DNA of 64,000 bases from Cenococcum geophilum. Taxonomy: Eukaryota. The stretch lies in NCBI GenBank assembly GCA_050273025.1, contig CP158636.1:620001-684000 (forward strand), in the 5' to 3' direction. Both the position numbers and the translations under genes were made by a program. A model generated the notes under the pieces. The model was not told where the DNA came from and ran no database searches. It was given only the letters and a program-made list of their open reading frames with translations. Every line of letters begins with the position of its first letter. Position 1 is the stretch's first letter. Positions 1 to 13,773 of the stretch are shown here, piece by piece.

Positions 1-1204
1 TTAGCCCGCCTAAAGCTAGCGCCTTAGCGGCTTACCCTATATATTTGTTTACATCGGTCCTAGCGACCCCTTTTTCCTTCTTTTTAGCTTAGTATCTTTG
101 TAATACAGCATTTGTTTAAGCTTCGGTTTAGAGGCATTTATTTAAGCTATGATATTTAGTCTCTAAGGGGCTAAAAGGGGTATATCCTTTAGTGTCCTCC
201 TATTAGATCTTATATACTATTTAGAACTACTAAAAAACTCCTTAGCCTATAAGCTATATTAATACTACTTATAGGCCCCTACTTATAGAGAGTATAAGTA
301 ATATTATTTATATCTATATTAGTAAATAGCTAGTACCTTACTAAGTAGTAGCTATAGAAAAGTAGTATATAGTATACTAACTAAATAGGCTATCTATAAG
401 CGTATTAAGGTATAGTATTTAGAATATAGATACTTACTAGCTATATATTTAGGCTTAAAATCTCTATCTATAGTAGGAAGGCGGCTATAGATTTTACCTT
501 TATTAGTCCTTTATATAGGAGGAGTATTAGTATTAACTATAAGGTATTCTATATAGCTACGTCTTATATTTTTACTACCTCCTTCTATTATCGCTTCTAT
601 TTAAGGTCTATCTATTTTATAATAAGTATAGTAGATCTCTATCTATACTAATAGCCTCTTATCCTCTATTACTATAGTAGTACTCTACTAGTATAGCGCT
701 AGGTCTCTACCTAGTAAGCTAGTAGTTCCTATATTTTCTTTTCTTTCTTTACTACTTATAGGTAGAGGGCTTCCTAGCTAGTATACTTAGGCGTATTGCC
801 TTTTTAAGGGGCCCTTAATCCTTATATACGTTTTAGTATTTAGTATATATTTTCTTTTACTAGGTAGCCTTATACTATAACTATTCTCTATATAGTAGTT
901 ATATTAATATATAAGTCTACTAGTAAAACTACTACTTTATGTTCTATTATAGCGCGTAGTGTTCTCTTATAAACCCCTATAGTTTTATATAGGTACTAGT
1001 TTTATAGCTTAGCTAATAGCGCTAAAGAGCTTTTTATTAATACCTTACTACCTAGTCCTAGGCCCTAGATCTAGGAGCCGTATAGTATTATTAGCCTTAT
1101 TATAAATAAATAAATAAATATCTATATAATTTCCTATATAATTATTTCTATAAATTCTATAATTAATTACTAGTATAAAAATATATATCTATACGCCTAT
1201 ATAT

Positions 1205-1600
1205 TTATATAAAGCTCTATATAAGGCTCTATATAAAGCTCCGCTTAAAGCTCTACTTAAAGCTCTACTTAAAGCTCTGCTTAAAGCTCTGCTTAAAGCT
1301 CCTTAAAGCTCTGCATAAGGCTCTGCTTAAAGCTCTGCATAAGGCTCTATACGAAGCTCTGTATAAAGCTTTGCATAAAGCTTTATATAAAGCTCTACGT
1401 ATGGAGGCTCTACACGAAGCTTTGCACGAAGCTCTGCGTACGGAGGCTCTGTATAAAGCTCTGTATAAAGCTCTGTATGAAGCTCTACAGAAGCTTTACA
1501 CGAAGCCCTACGCGGAGCTCTGCGTGGGGCTCTGCGTAAGCCTCTACTAAAGCTTTACATAAGGCTTTATTAAAGCTCTGTGTGAGGCTCTACCTAAAGC
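1205..1600. repeat. Degenerate ~12-bp tandem array (AAAGCTCTGCAT-like)
   Basis: About 30 units such as aaagctctactt, aaagctctgctt, gaagctctgcgt. Confidence 0.9.
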
Positions 1601-2256
1601 TTACCCCCTTCTATAAAGCAAATCTATACCTACTAGTAGTCCTTAGTTATTATTTAAAGCCGGCTCGTCGGTTTGGATACTCTAGCTACGGTAGGAAAAG
1701 GTTATGGGAAAGGTGCGGCTGCTACGACTTGGGGGCGTTAGGCGCGACAATGAGATAATGAATTAGAATCGGGCAAATCGGGCAACGTAGTCTTCTTCGC
1801 TAGGTTTGATTTAGTAATTCTAGCTATTAGGAATAGCTTAGGGAGCTATAGAAGTTAAGATAATTTGGCTTAAAGTAGGTATATATAGGCCTAAATACCC
1901 CGCGCGGGACTAATAAAAATCCGAACCGTGTACTAGACCTTCTAATGAAGGTCTTGTTAAAAGCGGCTAGCGGCTTGGCAAGGTAAGCCTTGGTAAGAAG
2001 GTCTGGGAACGAGACAACCTAACTGCCTACGGCCCGATAGATAGCCCGACCTTTACTACCCCTTTCTTTCTCTTTTAGTAGATAAAGAAGATATGAATAA
2101 ACTAAGAACCAGTTACCTTATATTGCAATTATAGTACCCCCTAGGTAATACCGATACTCTCTAATATTTTTTTAAACCCCTTCTAAAACAAGCCCTTATA
2201 ATCTCCCTACTATAAGGTAATAGCGATTAGGGGCTAACTGTAAGAAGGGGGGGTAA

Positions 2257-2473
2257 TATAAGGGATATTATTGCGGACACCTTGGGTTGCCCTTAGGACA
2301 ACCCCTAGACGCCCTTTAAATAGTCGCTAATTACGTACTAAAGGCACGTACCTATAATATATAGTCTCTACAATCCCAAAGGCCTTACCTTCTTAAGGAT
2401 TCATCTCTCTTACCAATTTATCCTATTCTATAATTGTGTCCTTATAGCCCCCTATCTATAAGATCCCCTTACA
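2257..2473 (+). mobile_element. 3' LTR of an LTR retrotransposon, preceded by a polypurine tract
   Basis: PPT aagaaggggggg at ~2242-2253, then t(g>a)taagggat ... atccccttaca: TG..CA ends with short inverted termini. Confidence 0.7.
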
Positions 2474-4350
2474 TATAGCGGGAACCTTATTATAGCTATA
2501 TCTAAATAGCGAATAGTACTTTATTACCTTTTTCTTAAAAATAATAAACCTAGCTAAGTATAACTATAAAGTACACAGTAAAGAAATACTAGCTATTATT
2601 TAATTACTTTCTTAATAGTGTGTAGAGCTTAAAGGTATAAACTCTTAGATTAAGATATATATAGATTATAAAGTCCTAAAGTACTTTATAACTATAAAGC
2701 ATCTTACTAAATAATAAGCTTAATAGGCTAAAATACTCTTCTAATTCTTTTTTATAATTATATATCGTTCTAGTAAGTAAAACTTTAAGGCTAATACCTT
2801 AACCTAAAAAGAATAAGATATAGGACCTTAGGATAAGCTAAAGACTTAATATAGAACGCGTACCCTTCTTTATCCTAAATAGCTTAACTTACGGATCCTT
2901 AAGGAGCTAAGCCCCTAGTAAAACAAGCTAGCACCGTTAAAGGAGTCCTTAAATAAACTAATAGAGCTAATTAACTACCTTTTAACTATAAACCGCATGG
3001 CTAACGCCTTAAAGGCCCTCCGCAATTAATTTATAAAAGGAAACCCTAATTTTAAAATAGAGGAAGGATTGCTCCTATATTAGGAGCGGCTTATAGTCCC
3101 TAACGTTAACATTTATGGACTAAGCTTATTTGTAAAGCTTATTGCTAAGTTTCTACGGTATATCTTAGCAGGAATAAAACCTATAAGATTATTGATTACC
3201 GCTACTACTGGCTAAGAATAGCTGCGGATATTAATTAATATATATAGAACTGTAAAGACTGCTAGAGAGCTGTAACCCTAAGAGATAACACCCTAGGACT
3301 ACTTAAGCCACTCTAAATACTAGAGCGCCCTTAGTAGTATATCTTTATAGACTTTTATAAACTACCTATAGACCGTAATAGATACGATATAGTTATAGTT
3401 ATGGTTAACTACTTTAGCAAACGCCTATTTTTAATTCCTTATTATAAAAACATTAATGCTAAAAAGGCAGCCTAGCTATATATCTACTACGTTTACTAAA
3501 TTTATAGACTACTAGATACTATTATGTCTAATTATAGGCTATAGTTTATATTGACTTTTTGGAACGAGTTTACCTAAATCCTAGGCATTAAGCTAAAGCT
3601 TTCTACGGCTTACTACCCCTAGATAGACGGTTAGACGGAAATTATAAATTAGTACCTAGACTAGAGGCTTAGGCCCTTTATTAACTACTTTTAGGATAAC
3701 TAGTCTAAACTACTACCCTTAATAGACTACGCCTAAGCAACTTTACCCTATAACTCTACGGGATTTGCCCCGATTTAGTTAGAAATAGAATACTTACCCC
3801 ATATAAGCTTTAACTAAAAAAGGCTTAAAAAAACCCTAGACTATATAAGAGAAGCTATCCTATAGTAAGACCTAATAGTATACTAAACTCTTAGAGGAGG
3901 CCTAGATGGTAGCCTATAAGAACTTAGAAAAAGCCTAAAGATTAATAAAATGGTAGGTGAATAAATACTGTTAAGAGCTTAACTTTGCCCCTAGTAATAT
4001 AGTCTAGGTTATAATAAAGAATTAGAAGACTAAACGACCTAGCCGTAAGCTAGACTACTAGATGGCAGGACTATATAAAGTTCTTAAGAAGATAGGTAAC
4101 TTGTATAAGGTAAAGCTCCTAGATTTAATTAGGGTTTACCCTATCTTCTTATTAGATAAGCTATAGAAAGCTATAAACAACCTATTGCCCGGATAAAAGA
4201 ATAAGCCTCCCCTGCTAATTTAAGTAAATGGTAACAATAAATAGGAAGTTAATAAAACACTGACCTATACGGTAGTATAGGGAATGCTAAAATACCGTAT
4301 TTAATAAAAGGGTTACGATCCGGACCTAATATAGTACCCTATATAGAACT
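2474..4350 (+). mobile_element. Ty3/gypsy chromovirus pol relic: RNase H, integrase, chromodomain (RIP'd)
   Basis: De-RIP'd reading gives NYEVHxKEMLAII, IYTDHKxLEYF, RQARWAE, YYWPRM..CKDCQR, PERPWQHISMDF, STAYHPQTDGQTE, GPY and a chromodomain-like WEV..KY..WKGYD. Confidence 0.9.
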
Positions 4351-4600
4351 AGTAGCGTCTTACCTTCTTCTAAGTCAATTATATAGTTATACTTAGAGTT
4401 CCGCGGTAGTATACTTGCTAGTTTATTAGAGAAAATACTAGTTTCTTCTTTATATATATTTAGTAAATGTAAGCTTTTATAGTGTATAGAATTAGACAAG
4501 CGACTTAATTGTAAATCTATGGAAATTAAGAGGTATATATATATAAAATAGTATAAGTAACAGGATGAAATGGGAACAGTAATCTGCAAGTAATATTAAT
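4351..4600 (-). mobile_element. Ty3/gypsy pol fragment (region just before RT)
   Basis: ORF 4326-4589(-) reads IFSNKLASILPRNSKYNYIIDLEEGKT, a RIP'd form of the gypsy 'VF...LP....DHAIDL..G..P' segment. Confidence 0.65.
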
Positions 4601-4849
4601 CTGCGATCAATATATAGGGTGGCGTTAAGGCTGTCTCGGCAGCACCCGTAGTCGGTTATAGTAAACTAGGGGCTATAAAGGCTAAACCAACTATTATATA
4701 GTAGTGTGCTTCCGGGAGCTAGTAAAGAGAGGGGTATAGCTAATATAATTAATAATTCATTGCTTAACGTCCGATTTAGATCCCTATTAGGCCTACACGG
4801 ACTACTTCTTATTTACATGTAGGGAGAAAACTCTATTTAAGAAAATGAG

Positions 4850-5800
4850 AAAACCCCGTAATCTATCTCCCTACCTTTTAGGACTCGCCTACTTAGCGCC
4901 TACAAGTCGCCTATAGTGCTCTACTACCTTACTATTTAACCTCCTTAGGAACTACTACTGCCGTAATAAGCCTACGGACGCGCTAGTATCACAAACTATT
5001 ACTCTACTACTGTAGAGTTACTAGGGGGCACCTACTGCTCGCCCCCTTACCTTCTATTACTATTTCCCTTATAACCTAAAACTAATTTAGCATATTTTAA
5101 CTAATAAGCCACTAGGTAACCGCCTTAAGGCCTTTTTATATTAAGAGCAGTGTATTATAGTTCTATATACCAGCTGCTAAGAGTATTATTTCTTAATTAG
5201 TGCGTAGGGGGCATAGCAGTATTACGTATTTTAGTGTCTGTCTTAGCCAGCTATATTTATATCTTAGGCTACCTACTAGGATACCCACCTAGTAAAGCCA
5301 ATCTTTTAGTCCTATTATTTCTGTTCTTAAGAGTGTTGCTATTATATTTTCTACCTTTATTAGGCCTTCTTAGAGCCCTTAGGTATTTACCCCCTATAGC
5401 GTTAACCATACTATAGCTTAGGTTTATCTTACCTAAGTTAGCCTCTATACCTTTAACTCCTATTCGCCTCTTTAGCGTTAGTCTAACTAGTATTATATTA
5501 TAGTAAATAGTTTCCTAGCGTTCTTATATATTCTACTTTAGCTCCTTTCTTTATCTTACTATTATCTTTACTAACCTCTTATACGTCTCCCTTTCTCCTC
5601 TATTTAGGCCTAGGCCCTAAAGCGGCACTATTCTTCTTCTACTTTCTTTACCTATTTCTCTAATATCTCTTCCCTACTTTAGGGTTATTGGTTTATTCTC
5701 CTACGGGGCACCCTAGGGTCCCTCTATAGTTTACTTAGGCGTGTTTTAATATACTTTATAATATTAGAGTTGCGTTTATTTTACATTTTTTTATATTATA
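4850..5800 (-). mobile_element. Possible copia-like gag/protease relic (RIP'd)
   Basis: Minus strand shows C..C...H...(C)WY-like and VCDT(G)AS-like motifs after de-RIP; weak. Confidence 0.3.
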
Positions 5801-5849
5801 GCGGCTTTAATATATAACTATAGGGGGGGAATATTAGATTTCTTCTCAA

Positions 5850-8800
5850 GCAGTGCTGTGGCCGTTCACTTATACCCGCCTATAATACTCTAAAGGTAGA
5901 CTGTCTAAACCTTTTAAAGTGGTTTAAGGAGTAATTTAGGGGGGCCCTTCTTAGTTTCTCTAATAGCCCAAATACTGGATCTATATGTTATAGTTAGCTG
6001 GATAACTACTATATATAGTAGGCGTAACCTCTAGAAGTATGGACCCTATATAGAATTAATAATCCTAGATAAAGCGATAAACTATACTTGGCCTTTATGG
6101 GCCGCTTACGCTATATATACGCTCTACTAGAGCTTACTGTCTACCTATACTCCTAATACCCTTAGGCCCTAAACTAGTTAACCCTTAAAGCCTTAGATGC
6201 GAATTATATGCTAGAGATCTATAGATTGGTTACGTTTTCTTATAAAATAGATTAGCTAGTATTTCTCTAGTAAGAATTAAACTCTATAACGTTTTGCCTA
6301 TTCTATATAAGTGTTATAGGCTTTTTCTAGTGTTCTGCAATTCTCTATAGCTATTAGCCCGTATATAATTAGGTTTGTGTTATTAACAAAGCCTATCCCC
6401 TAGGTCGCCCCTTCCTTAAAGGAGTTAAGTAGGTTGCTTATAAAGAAAAGGAAGAGTATAGGTAAGAGGGGTAATTCTTATAGTATTCCTGTTATAACTG
6501 CGATAGGGGGGCTCTAGTATCCGCTAAAGACCAGTAATATTTCTTTCTAGCCTATAAACCCTTAGATAAATTATATAATCTATTTTAGAAAGCCCTTTAC
6601 TCTAAGGATATATAAGAGACGCTCGTAGGGTATATTGTTATAGGCACTACTAATATCTAGGCTAAGCATTAATATTATAAAGTCCTTTCGCATCGCCTAT
6701 ATAGATTTAATAGTAGCAGTAAGTAGCGTAAGTGCTAATAGTGTTAAGCGGTTCTTTCTTACCCCTATTTAGCTTTATAGTAGTAGGGTATATTCCTCTA
6801 CTATATCTACTATACGTCCCGCTATTACCCTTTCTAAGATCTTGCTAAGGGTGTTTTCTAAAGCAATAGGGCAGTAGCTTTCTGGGATTAAGTAATCTGC
6901 TTTACCTTTTTTTTATAGGATAACCGTTATTATAGATCTTCTAAGTTACGGGTAGTAGCCTATAGTAAAGTATACTCTAGCTATATCTATAAGCTAAGGT
7001 GCTATAAGTAGCCTATAGGTTTTTAGGGCCTTATTTAGAATCCTATCTAGTCCTAGTACTGTATTATTTAAAAGACGGCTAATAGTTCTAGCCATTTCCT
7101 CTGTTATTATATCGCTGTTAACCCGTAGGTAAGTTACTAATATTTTGCCTATAATATTACTAAAGTCTACTAGAGCCGGTTAAGGGAAGAACCTTTCTAT
7201 AAGGATCTTTACCTTCTTATTATTGTTATTTATAGCCTATAATTCTCCTACTCTTTATAGGGGTAGTAGGTATAGGTCTTCTACTAGGCGCCCTACCTTT
7301 TTCTTTACCTATTTCGCTATAGCCTAAAGGCCCTTATTATAGGGGAGGCTTAGGTTAGAAGTATGCTTATTTATAAACCGTCTTTAGTTATTTCTTGCTT
7401 TTTTTTTAGGGTATTCTTTAGCTAGTTTCTTATATCTTTATATCGTCTCTTATTTTTAGGGTTGTGGCTACTTATATATTTCTTTCTTACTTATTATTAG
7501 CTGGCAACTAGAACTGCGTATTGTGTGGACTATACGTATTACGTATAGGGGCCCGGTTTTAAGATCGGGCAGTGCTCTTCTAGCCTATTTTTAATTGCTA
7601 CCTAAATCCTTTCTAGTCTTCGGTCGATTTCCTTAGGGGTGGCTAATAAGCCTCATTTATTTAGTATTAGGTAGATTTCTTCTAGGTCTTAGAGTTATTA
7701 TTTAACTACATTAAGGAAACTATCTGTCTTAAGCTTCCTTATTACGTATCTTTTTTTATTTAGTTACGCTTTAGTATCTAGGTCTAGCTATATCTAAATA
7801 GGGATATAGTCTAAGGTAAGTGCCTATTCTTTTTTAGGGTTATACCTTTTAAGTCTCTAGTATAGGCCTTTATCTATAAATGTGAGGTTAATTGTACTTC
7901 TGGTGGTGCCTTATTACTATATAATTGCTCCTAGGGGGGTAGCTAGCTTAAGGCCCTAAATATCTATAGCTCTTAGTAGGCACTCTAACTATTAATCTAC
8001 AGTAATATGGATACCCCCCTACCATAGGTAGTGGAGGTTTATATCTCCTAGTAGGATAGACTCTATACCTTTAGTTTTTAGTAAGCTTATTACCAATATA
8101 ATATTCTCTATTTATAGGACCCCTTTAACCCTAGAGTTATACACATTAATAATTTATACCGGTCCCCTATATATTTAGATTATTATAACTATAATATCTA
8201 GGTTAACTGCCTACTATAACTATAAGGACAGGCTAATAGCCTTACTAATTATAAAGTACATATATATAGCTGCTTTTGGTTTATATAGGAGCTGGAATCC
8301 TTAGGGGCAGTATATTAATTATATAAAGGTATTATAATACGGTTCTTGTATAGCAAGGATATAGTATTTCTCTAAGTCTAGACTATCTAGTAGGGGCCTT
8401 ACGAGGCGGTGGTTTATGTTGCCGCAGTTATACTATATAATGGATAGGTAGCGGACCCCTAGCGAGGGTCCTTTGACTCTCCTTCATTCCTCGCTTCTTC
8501 TATTTCCACTTTCTCTAGGATATTTGGAGCTTCTGTCTCTTATATCTATACCCTAGTTACTACTTATTTTGTATAGAGCTTTCTATTCCCGTGTTTTGTG
8601 TTCCTATTAGCGCTTCTATGTCCAAATCTGTTATTATTACCGGTTCTTCCCCTATTCTTACTGGTCGGCTATATACCCTTTGTGGGTCGGCTGCGAATGT
8701 TATATTTGCCGCATTAAGTCTAATTCTTAATTGTCCTGGTCTTGAGCCTGCTGTTGCTGTCTATAGGGGTCTTCCTACGGGGCGTCCTCTCCCTTGTGTC

Positions 8801-8960
8801 CCCTGTGACCCTTATGTCCCTAATCGGTCTGGTGATGTCGCACGGCGTCGCTTCTAGCCCGTTGAGGCTTGGGAGGTATAGCCAATATACGTTTTATAGG
8901 TATACTTGTACTAAGAGTATATATAGCTCTGCTATAGTATACTTAATAGTTTTAGGGTTT
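5850..8960 (-). mobile_element. Tad1-like LINE relic: end of ORF1 plus ORF2 endonuclease and RT (RIP'd)
   Basis: Minus-strand motifs IIQYNCG, ILAIQEP, LLGDxNLHHxxW (APE), YRPIALENTLSK, SLDISGAYDNV, GIPQxSPLSPILFLFF, GFVDD, VLGVWVD. Confidence 0.9.
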
Positions 8961-8999
8961 TAATTACCTCCCCCTTAATTATAGGTAATCTACGCTAGC

Positions 9000-10780
9000 A
9001 CCAGAGGGTCTCTATAGGTACTCGCTACTAGTAATAGTAGGTCCTCTATTATATTTATAACTAGTATTTCTATATCTAAAGGGTCTATACGGGTACTTAC
9101 TACTAGTAATAATAGGTCCTCTATTATATTTACAACTAACGTAAAGAAAGAGTCTTCTAGCTATAGCGAATATACTATTTTATTAGCCTTAATATCTATT
9201 AGGAAAGTATTAAGGGTAACTATTTAAAGGCGTTTAGGGTCCGAAGTACCCTAGATAAACTATCTAGAATAAAAGCTAATTAATAGATCTACTTCCGCGA
9301 GCTAATTCTATCTAAGAACTATATTATAACTATTAAATAAGCCACCCTAAAAGGTCTGTAGGCTAATAGTGTTAGGGTACCCTAGGAGTTGCTAGTAGTA
9401 ACCGTTAGATTATAAGCATTCTAGATTATTATTTAGTTACTATTAACGAAATATATAATAGGTTTATATAAATATAGCGCGTAGTATATAGGCAGGTTAA
9501 ACTTATAGATAACGTCTTAATTAATAAGGTTAATTTAATACCTATTATTATATAAAAGTATATAGGCAGGCCTTACCCTAAGGCGTATCTATTACAATAT
9601 ATACTATAATACGTTTCTTTTCTCCCTCTATATTAGGCCCTAGTTATAATTAAAAGAGATACGCTATTAGGGCTTTAGGTTTTCTAAAGGCTAGGCTAGC
9701 TTTTCTTTATTAGCTTACTTCTAGTATTTCTTATAATAGCCGCCTGCAGTCCTTTAACTTACCTACGTAGTACTAGCGTCTAGGGGGTCCCCTAAGCTAT
9801 CTAGCTTTTAGGTAGTCTGCCTAGGATTTTACTTAAAGCATTACCCTTTTTAGGTCTTATTCCCTAAACTTAATTTTATAGAGCCTATACTGCGACCGCG
9901 CTTTATATATAATAATTTACTACTACTACTTACACGATCTTCTGTAAGCTTTATTATATTAATTAATTGCTTTATATAGCGGATTTTATTAAAGAGATCC
10001 TTAGTAGTTCTTACCTATTAGGAAAAGTTCTGGCGGAAGAGCTCTGCTTATAGGTAGGCTAAAAGATATAAGAACTAAACGTCTACCTATTACTTAGGGT
10101 TAATAAAAGGGGTATATAAGAAGAGGTCCCCTAAGCTATATATATAGGCTAGGAAAACGTTAAACCTCTAGTTCTCTTTTATAACGGCTATATAGTATAT
10201 AATAGCGTTATTAAAGCGTCTTACTATAGGGTTTCTGATCTAGTTTTAGACCATAGTCTTAAACTTATTCTATAGTAAATGACCCTTATCCCTAGTGCCC
10301 AACCAGCGATAAACCAATTAGGTAATTATCTTCTCTTTTATAAGACCTTTAATAGCCCAGCGCGTACGTCGCTTATAGTTATAGTTAGCGTTATTAACCT
10401 TAAATTGGTTCTTAATTACGACAATCCACTAGTTAAAATGATATTAAGTAGTACCGCTAATATTAGGTAGTGACTTCTTAACTAGGGTGTTGAGATTTGT
10501 TTAGCGTATATATTTGCTATATAACTTATGCTCTTTACTAAAGAGGTAATAGAAGGGCTTTATTAAATCGATAATGCTCTATAAGTTAGCTATTTTCTTA
10601 GCTAGCTTATCTAGCTCCTTTATATTAGCGGTATTAGGTAGAACGCTAGTAACCTTACTAAGCTCCTATTAAGCCTAGGTATATAAGTTAAGCTAGTCTC
10701 TAGCGTTTATAGATGTCTAATCGTTTTAAGGTTTAGGAGGTGGCCTAGATGCTGCTAGTGTACTTCTAGTGGTTTCGTCT
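9000..10780 (-). mobile_element. Ty3/gypsy gag-protease relic (RIP'd)
   Basis: De-RIP'd gag-like LPWDEFKTMV segment, CxxC knuckle near 9600, protease-like FLID(T) near 9200. Confidence 0.55.
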
Positions 10781-11577
10781 ATATTAGATTCTAAGGCGTT
10801 CTGCGGTCATGCTAAAACAGTAATTGGAAATCCCTATATAAGATTATAAATAGAGACTATGCGTTAAACCAAAGGCAAAACCATAGCGAAGTACTTATAT
10901 ATATAGCTTTGAGTGTCCTAAGGACCACATCCATAAAAATTCTTATCCTACCCATTATTTCCACATCGAGGAGTGACCTCGTAGGCCTATGTATTAATGT
11001 AACCTTATAAGAAATCCGAATCTTCTCCTGTAGAAACAGTAAACCAGTAATAAATCTATCCACAAAGCAGCTGACCCTATGCCTGAGGGCAATAATAGAA
11101 TATAACGCTCTGAAACCGACCTTTTGGCAGGTAGATTGAGACTTGCATTAGTATCTAGAGAGCTACAGGTATCCGGAGAGCAAGTAGCCGATTATATAGG
11201 CCTTTTCACAAATATCAGATTGGTAAACTATATCATTAAATAAGTAACCTTGAATACATCTAATAATAGCTCTTAGATAGGGGAAGCGCCGAGAGATCTC
11301 TTTATATTATTTAACCGCGTCACCCCAAGTCGAAACCGAGGGGAGAGGACTTTGTAAAACGAAGGAGTACTGGAAGAGAAAAAACTCACAATAATTCATA
11401 GAGGCCCGTGTATAGTCAATGGACAGCTGTATGTCACATTCAAAGAATTATTTTCCCTTCCAGACGATTCCTCTATCCATTTCAGCACTATAGATGATCC
11501 CTAGCAAACGCCCGCAAATGCTCACGGTAGCCCCTGAAACTCCTAGATCCACTCATGCATTATGCAGAGTTCGCCAT

Positions 11578-12216
11578 TCAAACGACTCCTGGGCAATTGC
11601 CGTCGCAATCTGTCGGTTTCCTAGGATCATAGTACTCATACTCCTCATCATCAGTATCACTCTCGTTATCTTCCAGCTTATCCAGAGCCACTTTCTTCCC
11701 CAGCTCACTATTTCCGCCAATCTTAGTGAATCCAGCCAAGCCATTAGTCCCACCCTTCCCTGTGGCGCCGCTATCACTGCCAATCTTTGTAAACCCGCCG
11801 CCGCCGCCGCTCTTCTTGGTCTTTGGATCCAACTTTATACTGACAAGCCCCGTCTTCTCAGCCTCCTTGCGTTCTGCTCGCCTTGCTTTCTCGGCCGCCC
11901 GTGGATCGGATTGCATTTTCTTCATATCTTGAAGACGTTTGCGGTGCGCGTGGTCGTAAGATGAGAGGTGTGCGTCTAACTCGTTCATGCGGGCGTAGCC
12001 TTTCTGGCAGAGGTCACAGAAGAAAGATCGCGCAGCTGCACGGGCACTCTCCGTCTATTTTTTATTAGCATGTTTTATATGAGCAACTGCAGTTGCGCTT
12101 GCTATTGAAGGCACTAACCTTGGGAGCAGGATTGGTGTAAGAGCGCTGTAAAGTCTGAGCAAGTATCATCCCTTGGCTTGGTATGCTACCGGTCTTCTAC
12201 AACTTACTGGAGGCAT
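11578..12216 (-). CDS. Small C2H2 (JAZ/U1-type) zinc-finger protein, 3 exons
   Basis: Exons MPP | RSYTNPAPK | TESARAAARSFFCDLCQKGYARMNELDAHLSSYDHAHRKRL...; GT-AG introns; CxxC..H..H finger. Confidence 0.8.
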
Positions 12217-12378
12217 TCTGAAAAGTAATTCTATTTTAACGTGAATCGACTATACTAAGCATAGGCAAAGAGGCGCTGATATTGAAGTTGACGTCGACAC
12301 CTGGAGCTCCGCCAGGCCTCGGCGAAGATGTCGCCGACCACTCGACATGGCACATATCTTCACTTCACACCTATCGAC

Positions 12379-13404
12379 ATGGACGAGAAGACGCCTGCAA
12401 CACCCTCAACACCCTCAGCCCTAGAGTCAAAAGAGAGTGTAATAGGCCTCGCAGAGGTCGATCCCTCGCCAGTAGACGAAACTCCCTTTGAAGCGTCAAA
12501 AGACGGCTATTTCCCATCATCGTCGTCGCCCTCCCCACTCCCCAGCCATGCTCGCACATCTACGCTCGGCCTAGGAAATCATGGCCCAGCATACTACCGT
12601 ACAGTGCCCCTTATTCCCATTTAAATACTTCCTTTGGCTACACAGCTGTATGATGGGCCACTAATTGTTCCAATAGTCCTCCGAATTCAGCGATACTCCT
12701 CCTACACCTTTACACTCTTCGCCTCACTCCACATAATGAATACATCTCTCCTGCCCTTGCTTACGCACTCCGTTCCTGCTAGCAACCCTTATCTCCTCCT
12801 CACTCGCCCGTACTACCAATCTGCTCTTACGGAACCGCTTCTTGTTGCCCTCCCACTCGCCGCCCATATTAGTTCCGGCATTGCCCTACGTCTCTACCGG
12901 CGGCGCCAGACCTTATATCACTATGGCGCTGAGACCCATCGTGACCGCAAACATATAGCTTGGCCAGCACTCAGCAGTACTAGCACGCTAGGGTACGCCC
13001 TCATCCCACTACTAGGGTTCCATACGCTCACGACGCGGTTAATACCCCTGTACTTGCACGGAGACAGCGCACTGGTAAATCTATTATATATAAGCCATGC
13101 TTTTGCGCTTCGCCCTTTCACCTCTTTCACAGGTTTCACTACCCTTGTGGGTGTAGGTGTGTGGCATTTTATGTGGGGCTGGGCCAAATGGTTGAAGCTG
13201 GCGCCAAAGCAAGTGGGGGTTGCAGGAGCGGAAGGCCAACTGAGGAGGAAAAGGCGGTGGTATGGGGTTAATGGGGTTGCAGCATTAGTGTCTGGGCTAT
13301 GGCTAGCAGGTAGTCTGATGGTGGTGGGAAGAGCAGGGAGGACGGAGGGTTGGGTAGGGAGGGAGTATGACGAACTACTTAAGTACGTTCCCGTGCTAGG
13401 ATGA
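12379..13404 (+). CDS. Mitochondrial membrane protein Mcp1-like (DUF1691), intron 12599-12676
   Basis: Spliced LLRIQRYSSYTFTLFASLH..LLLTRPYYQS..E motif; several TM segments. Confidence 0.75.
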
Positions 13405-13773
13405 TGGACATGAGGAACAGGTTTGTAGGTGTGGTTACTCGCAGAAACTGTTACGTCGCAATGTCTCTCAACGAAACTGGGCTGTAGAACAGGGGAGCAC
13501 TGTCATGAGTTAGATAGCCATTGTTGGTGTAAACTTTGTAATCTTATTATGAATTTGTTTCTCGATTCATTTGCATGTTTCCATCACCGCCATCACCACA
13601 GGTCAGATATCTTGAGTACTTTTCATAAGTACCAAGGCTCGTGCTCTGAGACGATGCGGACTACTTGAATGCCCCCGTAAATGTTCCTGGTAACTTTGCC
13701 TTGATACGAAAGCACCTGAAAAGATGCGCTCATGCACTCTATACCATGACTATCCCACCCCTCGTTTATCATC

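Larger units (their letters stand above)
1..10800. repeat. RIP-mutated, AT-rich nested transposon block
   Basis: Strong TpA/TAG excess, CpA/TpG depletion, no long ORFs; retroelement motifs reappear when TAA/TAG are read as CAA/CAG/TGG. Confidence 0.92.

Noticed and set aside
1205..1600. CRISPR-like array
   Set aside because: Contiguous units without spacers, in a eukaryotic retroelement context.
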